Source: Verrucomicrobiia bacterium (lineage in GTDB: Bacteria; Verrucomicrobiota; Verrucomicrobiia; Limisphaerales; DASXHY01). From it: 34,034 nt of DNA. The translations under genes were made by a program, and so were the position numbers. The DNA is taken from contig DASSNZ010000412.1 of the NCBI GenBank assembly GCA_035701135.1, positions 1 to 34,034 on the forward strand, read 5' to 3'. This document shows, piece by piece, positions 25,037 through 34,034 of this stretch. The notes below the pieces were generated by a model, which saw nothing but the letters and a program-made list of their open reading frames with translations, was not told where the DNA came from and ran no database searches. Within the stretch, counting starts at the first letter, position 1, and each line of letters opens with the position of its first letter.

Positions 25037-25801
25037 ATGAACCTTTTACCACGCATGAAAACCATTCTCAAAATTCGCCGCTCTGTTGGATTCACCTTCG
25101 CAACTTTTGTCCTGATGATCGTTGCCGGATGCGCGAGTCGCTCCATTTCCAATTCCGATTATCAACCCGGGCAATCGTGGCCGCGGGTGAAAGCGCCATC
25201 GCCTTACCGGGGCGAATTGAAGGAGGCCGACGTGCTTGGCGTCGAACGCAACGAGCCGGTGACGGAGGAACAAATCGCGCAGGCTCGGGCCGCGCGGAAA
25301 AAAATTCATCTGCAGAAAGGCGGTTCCATTTTGTTGATTCAATCGGGAGCGGAATATCCGGATGCACCGATGATTGCGGATCTGCAGAATTATTTCACGG
25401 TCGTTCCCTTCTCGGGCGTTCCCGATCAAACGAATGCAGGTCCGAATTTTTCGCGCGTGCTGCGGCTGGCGGCGGCGCGCGGCGGTTGCGACATAGTGAT
25501 CTGCTATTGGGGCGTGCTGGAATCCACAACCGATAATTTATCGAGCAAAACGGTTTCGTGGGTTCCGATTCTCGGCAATGTGATTCCCGATGAAACCCAT
25601 CACATGCGGATTCGCCTGAAAATGGCGCTGGTGGATGTGGCCACCGGAAGCTGGACGATGTTTTCGCCCGCCGCATTCCAGGACACGGCGTTGAGCGCCG
25701 GCATCACGCGCAAACGTTCGGATCAAAAACAGGTGCAAAAACTCAAAGCGCAAGCTTACGAAGCGGCCGCGACGGATCTGGTGAAAACGTTTGCGAATTG
25801 A
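25037..25801 (+). CDS. Lipoprotein of unknown function
   Basis: Signal peptide with lipobox FVLMIVAGC. The start could be ATG 25037 or ATG 25055. I recognise no family motif. The alternating beta/alpha pattern (SILLIQSG...CDIVICYWG...MRIRLKMALVDVATG) loosely recalls LpoB/DUF799-type lipoproteins. Confidence 0.5.
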   Translation: MNLLPRMKTILKIRRSVGFTFATFVLMIVAGCASRSISNSDYQPGQSWPRVKAPSPYRGELKEADVLGVERNEPVTEEQIAQARAARKKIHLQKGGSILLIQSGAEYPDAPMIADLQNYFTVVPFSGVPDQTNAGPNFSRVLRLAAARGGCDIVICYWGVLESTTDNLSSKTVSWVPILGNVIPDETHHMRIRLKMALVDVATGSWTMFSPAAFQDTALSAGITRKRSDQKQVQKLKAQAYEAAATDLVKTFAN

Positions 25802-25868
25802 GTGTTGCTCCGTCCGCATGGGTTTTTATCCAACGGAAATTCACGCCAACGGCAATTTAATTTGAGTT

Positions 25869-26675
25869 TTAAAACGGGCGGTTTTCGTTTCTTCCGGAAT
25901 TCGCCGCGCCGGTTTCATTTCGCATCCAGCTTAAAATTTGTTCCGCAGCCAGATCAGGCGCGGTGCTGAGGACATTGTGGTCTGCCCGGGAAATAATTTT
26001 GTAGTCGCGGAGCGCGGAACAATTTCCACGAAGCCAATGGCGGACAAAGATCCACGGCACAATCGGATCCAGAAAACCGGTAAGCGCGAAAATCGGAATT
26101 TGAGTCGCTCGGGCGATGGAGCAGGGATCGTTTTGCGCGATCAAATCCAGCCGGTGTTTCGCTGCCTGACGATCCAGTTCCGTTCGACGCGCGATGAATT
26201 CATCAATGCTCGCGAGCGTTTCCGGCGAATGCCGATAACGAAACCGCGCGATTTTCGCGTAGCCAAAAAGAATTCGCGTGAGCCACGCCAGCGGAATGCC
26301 TCCGGCGATTCGCCCGGCCAGCCGCACCAAACCGCGAACCGGATGACGCACAAATCCGCCGGCAAGAATGACGCCGCGCGCTTGAAAACGATTTCGCTCC
26401 AGCATCGTCCAGACAACCTGCGAACTGAAGGATTCTCCAAGCAGCCAGCCGGAAGTGATGTTGTGTTCGCGCAAAGCGGATTCCACTCCAGCCGCGTAAT
26501 CATTCAGCGACCACGCGAGCGTTCGCGGATAAGTGATTTCCACGAACCGCACTCGGTCGCCGAGCGCGCGGCGAAAACCGCCTACAAGCGTCCAGTCTCC
26601 ATGCAGTCCCGGCAGGTAAATGAGCGCGGGCAAATTGGATTTTCCGTGAATTCGCAGGCGCAATTCTTCTGGCAT
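25869..26675 (-). CDS. Alpha/beta-fold hydrolase
   Basis: ATG 26675 lies one nt after the lnt-like stop (TGACATG). Blocks PALIYLPGLHGDW and the nucleophile-elbow-like LLGESFSS are present. Histidine lies near the C-terminus (SRADHNVL). Confidence 0.65.
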   Translation of the reverse strand: MPEELRLRIHGKSNLPALIYLPGLHGDWTLVGGFRRALGDRVRFVEITYPRTLAWSLNDYAAGVESALREHNITSGWLLGESFSSQVVWTMLERNRFQARGVILAGGFVRHPVRGLVRLAGRIAGGIPLAWLTRILFGYAKIARFRYRHSPETLASIDEFIARRTELDRQAAKHRLDLIAQNDPCSIARATQIPIFALTGFLDPIVPWIFVRHWLRGNCSALRDYKIISRADHNVLSTAPDLAAEQILSWMRNETGAANSGRNENRPF

Positions 26676-26676
26676 G

Positions 26677-28137
26677 TCAGGAACTTTTTGCAGGTTGCGA
26701 TTTGTCCGGATTTTCCTCGGATGAAAACTCCGCTTCCGCCGCATCGGAGGATTTCCGCCTTTGATTTCCGAAACGAGGAAAGACGAGCGCGAGCATCAGC
26801 ATTCCGGAAATCACAACGCAAACCGGCGCGGCGAATCGGTCCACGGGCAAAGAGCCTTCGCTGTTCAGGTCGAAGGCGCCGGCGATCATTTCGTTTTCGC
26901 CGGGAAAACCCGCGGAATCCACAACGGCTCCATCGCGCGTCACCACTTGCGAAATTCCCGAACTGGCCAGGCGGAAAATCGGAATGTTGTATTCCGCCGC
27001 GCGAACCGGCGCGACGCGTGCGTGCAACTGATGTTCGTGCAATCCCCAATCCGCGACGTCCATTGTCGGCACGATGAGCATTTGCGCGCCCATTTTCACG
27101 AGCCGGTCCGTGACGCGCGTATAGCTCAGGTCATAGCAAATGCAGAAACCAATTTTTCCCCAGGGCGAATTCCAGACGGACTGCCGCGGCGCGGGAAGTC
27201 CGTCCTTGAAGAATTGAATCGGCACGCTTTTGGCCTGGCGAAAAACGATTTCTCCCTTCGGACTGATTACAAAAATCGTATTGAAGAAATTTCCGTTCGC
27301 CGCCGGGTCTTTTCCGCCGACCGCGAGAAAACGGAGATTTTTTTTGCACCAGTTTTTGAGCGTGTCCGGCACCGGGCCGTCCAGTGTGTATTCGCTCAAA
27401 ACAAAAAGATCGGCTTCGGGATGTTTTGAAAGCAGGCGATCCAGCAGCATCGGAAGCGCGCGCTCCGTCGGAAATTCCAGTTGCATTCCGGCGACATGCA
27501 ATTTCGCGGGTTCCGCCCGGGCAGGCGGTGGAGCGATGGCAGCGCACGCGCCGAAAACAACCGCCGTGCCGACCATTCCGTAAAGCCAATTGCGGATTAA
27601 AAAAAGCGAGCCGCAAAAGGCGGCGAGAAATCCGACGCCATACATGCCTAACATTTTAAAAGGAACGACGCGCCATCCGGAAAACGCGTATCCAACGTTC
27701 AGCCACGAGAACTTGAGATAATAAAGCTCGCTTCGGAAATACTCCAGACCCGTCCACACGCACGGAATGAGCAGCAACACCCACGCGTTGCCGAACCGCT
27801 TGAGAATTCCGTGAGTCATCGCGGTGAACAGCCCGGTCCAGAACGCCAGCACGATCCAGAGTGGAATTGCCGCCCAATTAAAAATGGTCCAGAAACAACT
27901 CAGTTCCGGCGCGACGCAGAGCAATCCGGCGGCGAGTCCCGCGTAAAACGCTCTTCGAACCGACCCGAGCTTTCCGAGCTGAACGAGACATGTCACGTAA
28001 CCGATTATCAACAGTTTTAGAAAATTGAAACGGGTCGGCGCGTAGGCGAGATGAAAACACCCCGCCGCGCAGACGATGAGCAGCAATGCCTTTGGCCAGG
28101 TCAATGGAGAAGTTTTTGACGCGCTCATGACCTGCAT
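26677..28137 (-). CDS. lnt: Apolipoprotein N-acyltransferase-like protein (polytopic N-terminus plus carbon-nitrogen hydrolase domain)
   Basis: Several N-terminal TM helices are followed by a CN-hydrolase domain. Candidate Glu-Lys-Cys triad residues are in FVLSEYTL, FRQAKSVP and IGFCICYD. A final C-terminal TM helix (VCVVISGMLMLALVF) is present. The start is ambiguous among TTG 28164, ATG 28137 and ATG 28128. Confidence 0.7.
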   Translation of the reverse strand: MQVMSASKTSPLTWPKALLLIVCAAGCFHLAYAPTRFNFLKLLIIGYVTCLVQLGKLGSVRRAFYAGLAAGLLCVAPELSCFWTIFNWAAIPLWIVLAFWTGLFTAMTHGILKRFGNAWVLLLIPCVWTGLEYFRSELYYLKFSWLNVGYAFSGWRVVPFKMLGMYGVGFLAAFCGSLFLIRNWLYGMVGTAVVFGACAAIAPPPARAEPAKLHVAGMQLEFPTERALPMLLDRLLSKHPEADLFVLSEYTLDGPVPDTLKNWCKKNLRFLAVGGKDPAANGNFFNTIFVISPKGEIVFRQAKSVPIQFFKDGLPAPRQSVWNSPWGKIGFCICYDLSYTRVTDRLVKMGAQMLIVPTMDVADWGLHEHQLHARVAPVRAAEYNIPIFRLASSGISQVVTRDGAVVDSAGFPGENEMIAGAFDLNSEGSLPVDRFAAPVCVVISGMLMLALVFPRFGNQRRKSSDAAEAEFSSEENPDKSQPAKSS

Positions 28138-28439
28138 TTTCACGAGACTTGACTCGCAATTCAAGGCAGTCCGCCGGGAATTTTCCGATTGCGATCATTT
28201 TGCCGTTGCAACCGAATGCGAGTATCCGCGCGCGATTAAATTTTTCGATTTTTATGACGCGCTTCCGAACCGACATCGGAGGAAACGGAATGCCGCCCGG
28301 GCGCATGAAACATCAGGCTTGCTCTTTAAGAAATTTTAACGTTTTCAAAAGCAGACATAATTTTTCTGAATAATATTTTTCGCGCGCCGTTTGTCTGGAA
28401 TTGTAAATTTCTCCGCGTCCGATATTCTGGAGCCGCGCG

Positions 28440-31268
28440 ATGACTTCGGCACAACAAATTTCGGCGCTTGCCGGCGCGAATTGCGAGGTCGCTTTCGACA
28501 ACCTCACGCGGCAGCTCTACGCCACAGACGCTTCTCTCTATCAGATAGAGCCGGTGGCCGTTGCGTTTCCCCGCGGGGCGAGGCAAACGTGCTCGATCAT
28601 TCGAGCCGCTGCCGAAGTCGGGATTTCCATTATTCCACGCGGCGCTGGAACCGGCCTGGCGGGCGGCGCCGTCGGTGAAGGATTGGTCCTCGATTTTTCG
28701 CGATACAATCGGCAGATCGCCGATCTGGATCTGGAGCGCCAGACCGTTCGTGTTGGCGCGGGCGTCGTGCTCGATCAGTTGAATCAATTTCTTCGTCCGC
28801 ACGGATTTTGTTTTGGTCCCGATGTCGCAACGAGTTCGCGCGCCACGCTCGGCGGAATGATCGCGAATAATTCCAGCGGCTCCCACGTGCCGGTTTATGG
28901 AACGACGGCGGATCACATCAGCGAATTGCACGTCGTTCTTTCCACCGGAAAATTTTCCAAAGTAAGCGCCGGGTTCGATACGTTGCCGCGTCAGCGCGTT
29001 CTCGTGGAAAATCTTGTCGAATTTAATTCGCTGCTGATCGCCGATCGTTGTCCGCCCGGATTGCTGAAACGCCGGCCGGGTTACGGGCTGGATCGTTGCC
29101 TGCGCGATCCGGGAAATCTGATCAATATTCTTTGCGGCAGCGAAGGAACGCTGGCGGCGATTGTTTCGGCGGAATTGAAAATCGTTCCGCTGCCGAAAGA
29201 ACGCGGCGTCGCGCTGATTTTTTTCCGCTCCGTCGCGGAGGCGATGCAGGCGACGGTGGAATTGCTGGATTTGAAACCCGCCGCCGTCGAGCACGTGGAT
29301 CGCATTCTTCTCGATCAAACCAAAGGCCAGGTTGAATTTCAGGCCGCGCGCGATTTGCTCAATCTCGATGAAACGGATTGCGAATCCATTTTGATCGTCG
29401 AGTTTTTTGAAGAGGCAAAAGACCGGTTGAACGCGCTGGAAAAACGCGCGCTCGGTTTCCGAAAACAAATTTTGAAAAACGCCGACGAAGCCGCGCTCGT
29501 GTGGTCGCTCCGCAAAGCCGGGCTTTCATTGCTCACCAGCCGCAAAGGCAGCGCAAAACCGGTTCCGGGAATCGAGGACGCGGCGGTGCGTCCCGGCCAG
29601 TTGCCGGAATATGTCGCCGCGCTGCAATCGCTTCTGGCGTCCATGGATTTGCAGGCGTCCTTTTACGGCCACGCGGCGTCGGGTCTGTTGCATGTTCGTC
29701 CGGTTCTGGATTTGCGCTTGAAAAGCGATGTGAAAAAATACCGGCATATCGCAATGGAAGTTTCCGCGCTTGTCCGGCAATTCAAAGGCTCCATCGCGGC
29801 GGAGCACGGCGTCGGAATCGCGCGAACGGAATTCATGTCCGTGCAACTCGGCGATGAATTGCTCGGATTGATGCGCGAAATCAAGGATTCGTTCGATCCG
29901 GCGAATTTGTTCAATCCCGGAAAAATCATTCCGGACGGGCGATATGAAATTGATTCCGATTTGCGCGTTCACGCCGGGCGCGAAATGGAATTGCCATTTG
30001 AACCGGTGCTGGCGTTTGCCGCGCGTGATGAATCATTCGTCGGAAACCTGGAGCAATGCAACGGCTGCGGAACGTGTCTGAAACAAACGCCTTCGATGTG
30101 CCCGACGTTTCTCGCGACCGGAGAGGAAATTATGTCCACGCGCGGGCGCGCCAACACGATTCGCGCCGTGCTGGAAAAGCGGCTCGCCGGTTCGGAATGG
30201 TTGCAATCCGCCGAACTGGAGAAGGCTCTAAGCAGTTGTCTTTCGTGCCGCGCGTGTGCGACCGAATGTCCGTCCAACGTCAATCTGCCGTTGCTCAAAG
30301 CGGAGTTGCAACACGCGCGCATTCAGAAGAAAGGGCTTTCGGTTCGCGAGCGGTTGTTCAGCTCGCCGGATTTCCTCGGACGGCTCGGCTGCAAAATGCC
30401 GCGCGTGGCAAATCGGTTTTTGGAATCCTCGATTCTGCGATATTTCGGCTCGAGATTTTTCAACATCACATCGCGGCGTCCGTTGCCGCATTACGCGAGA
30501 CAACGATTTGATCGCTGGTTCGCGCGCCGCGCCGCGCCGGGAAATTCATCGCGAGGTCCGGTGATTTTGTGGGACGACACGTTTGTCCGCTATCACGAGC
30601 CGCAAATCGGAATCGCCGCCGTGAAGGTTTTGGAAGCGGCGGGTTTTGAAGTGAGGCTGGAGCGGAACCGGCAATGTTGCGGGCGTCCGGCGTTCAGCCA
30701 GGGAAATCTCGCGGAGGCATCGCGTCTGGGAAATCACAATCTCGCGTTGCTGGCGCGGCAAAATGAAAACGCACCGATTTTATTTCTCGAACCGTCGTGT
30801 TATTCGATGTTCGTTGAGGATTATCGCGAATTGAAATTGCCGGAAAATGAACGCGTGGCGGAGCGCTGTTTTTTGTTTCAGGAATTTATCGAGGAACTTT
30901 TGCGGCGCGAACCGGACGCGCTGCGCTTCAATTCAACTCCGGCGAAAGTGGTCATCCACACGCATTGCCACGTGAAATCGCGAAACTCCGGCGCGGTTGC
31001 AAAACGCCTTGCGGAGCGTCTTCCGGAGCGCGTGGTGGAAATTCTGGACGCGGGCTGCTGCGGAATGGCGGGCGGGTTTGGAATGATGGAATCCAAATAC
31101 GAGTTGTCGGTGAAAATCGCCGAACCACTGATTCGCGGAATCCGAAATCAACCGTTCGGAACGATCTTCGTCACGTCCGGCGCAAGTTGCCGAAGCCAGG
31201 TGCTTCATCTCACGCCGATCAAATCGCGGCACATCGCGGAATTATTGGCGGACGCGCTGGCGTGTTGA
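28440..31268 (+). CDS. Fused FAD-linked oxidase (GlcD-like) and Fe-S/CCG-domain (GlcF-like) oxidoreductase, YdiJ / D-lactate-dehydrogenase-like
   Basis: 942 aa. The FAD-binding PCMH block is IIPRGAGTGLAGGAVG. Two ferredoxin-type clusters are CNGCGTCLKQTPSMCP and CLSCRACATECP. Two CCG motifs are QCCGRPAF and AGCCGMAGGFG. Confidence 0.8.
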   Translation: MTSAQQISALAGANCEVAFDNLTRQLYATDASLYQIEPVAVAFPRGARQTCSIIRAAAEVGISIIPRGAGTGLAGGAVGEGLVLDFSRYNRQIADLDLERQTVRVGAGVVLDQLNQFLRPHGFCFGPDVATSSRATLGGMIANNSSGSHVPVYGTTADHISELHVVLSTGKFSKVSAGFDTLPRQRVLVENLVEFNSLLIADRCPPGLLKRRPGYGLDRCLRDPGNLINILCGSEGTLAAIVSAELKIVPLPKERGVALIFFRSVAEAMQATVELLDLKPAAVEHVDRILLDQTKGQVEFQAARDLLNLDETDCESILIVEFFEEAKDRLNALEKRALGFRKQILKNADEAALVWSLRKAGLSLLTSRKGSAKPVPGIEDAAVRPGQLPEYVAALQSLLASMDLQASFYGHAASGLLHVRPVLDLRLKSDVKKYRHIAMEVSALVRQFKGSIAAEHGVGIARTEFMSVQLGDELLGLMREIKDSFDPANLFNPGKIIPDGRYEIDSDLRVHAGREMELPFEPVLAFAARDESFVGNLEQCNGCGTCLKQTPSMCPTFLATGEEIMSTRGRANTIRAVLEKRLAGSEWLQSAELEKALSSCLSCRACATECPSNVNLPLLKAELQHARIQKKGLSVRERLFSSPDFLGRLGCKMPRVANRFLESSILRYFGSRFFNITSRRPLPHYARQRFDRWFARRAAPGNSSRGPVILWDDTFVRYHEPQIGIAAVKVLEAAGFEVRLERNRQCCGRPAFSQGNLAEASRLGNHNLALLARQNENAPILFLEPSCYSMFVEDYRELKLPENERVAERCFLFQEFIEELLRREPDALRFNSTPAKVVIHTHCHVKSRNSGAVAKRLAERLPERVVEILDAGCCGMAGGFGMMESKYELSVKIAEPLIRGIRNQPFGTIFVTSGASCRSQVLHLTPIKSRHIAELLADALAC

Positions 31269-31404
31269 AGTTGCAAAAAGAATTCAAACGCAAAGGACGC
31301 GGAGAAAAAAGTTTTCCATCAAGCGAAGTTCGGATTTTTCGGTTCAATTTTTTCTGTGCGTTTGAAATCCGGACCGCGACTTACAAGGCAGAGATTTTGG
31401 AGCG

Positions 31405-31423
31405 CACGGGCAGGATGCCCGTG
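31405..31423. terminator. Hairpin between the convergent FAD/Fe-S oxidoreductase and leuS genes (candidate bidirectional terminator)
   Basis: A perfect 8 bp stem CACGGGCA-GGA-TGCCCGTG is followed on the plus strand by GCACGATTTTCGTTT. It lies 14 nt beyond the leuS stop at 31437-31439. Confidence 0.5.
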
Positions 31424-31436
31424 GCACGATTTTCGT

Positions 31437-34034
<2,598 letters not shown>

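Noticed and set aside
28149-28373. Small ORFs (74 aa plus-strand; the start of a 142 aa minus-strand ORF) in the 300 nt divergent region between lnt and the FAD/Fe-S oxidoreductase
   Set aside because: They have no motifs, a poor composition, and overlap the lnt start region. The AT-rich stretch more likely holds the two divergent promoters. I could not call -35/-10 boxes with confidence.

Overview
This 34 kb window is a gene-dense bacterial chromosome segment, GC roughly mid-50s % by eye. The gene content suggests the PVC superphylum, probably Verrucomicrobia: autotransporter-type beta-strand repeat tails, a TAT-exported Gfo/Idh/MocA enzyme, and a carbohydrate locus without SusC/D. This placement is inference only.

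nt 1-21464 form a pectin / rhamnogalacturonan-type polysaccharide utilisation cluster. Its parts are:
- a GPH symporter (5' truncated) followed by a cytoplasmic GH31;
- a long minus-strand array: XylR-like AraC regulator, secreted GH28, multidomain PL1 pectate lyase, GH79-like, GH78 rhamnosidase, BNR/sialidase-like protein and a DUF3826-like protein;
- a divergent plus-strand operon: secreted exo-GH28, ExuT-like MFS transporter and cytoplasmic GH43.

nt 21527-31268 carry envelope and housekeeping genes: a TAT Gfo/Idh/MocA oxidoreductase, a LemA-TPM-TPM operon, a lipoprotein, lnt plus a coupled alpha/beta hydrolase, and a fused FAD/Fe-S oxidoreductase. The window ends inside leuS (5' truncated).

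I found no rRNA, tRNA, CRISPR array, transposase or integrase.

The most unusual signal is inside leuS. Three tracts are built from different tandem heptanucleotides; two total exact multiples of 21 nt and the third does so only if degenerate flanking units are counted. One lies in a 69 bp insert that splits the conserved W-(L/M)-P-V-D-x-Y-x-G-G-x-E-H-A motif. A fourth, low-GC insert of about 37 codons also interrupts conserved protein sequence in frame. This resembles selfish repeat elements living inside an essential gene.

Secondary signals:
- REP-like inverted-repeat elements in three intergenic regions;
- a recurrent AAATTT(TT)CCAACGC motif in the promoters of the pectin genes;
- a short C-terminal module ending in FYR shared by two adjacent secreted pectinases;
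- a tightly coupled DUF3826 / BNR-propeller pair of unknown specificity.

All family calls come from reading motifs by eye. No searches were run.
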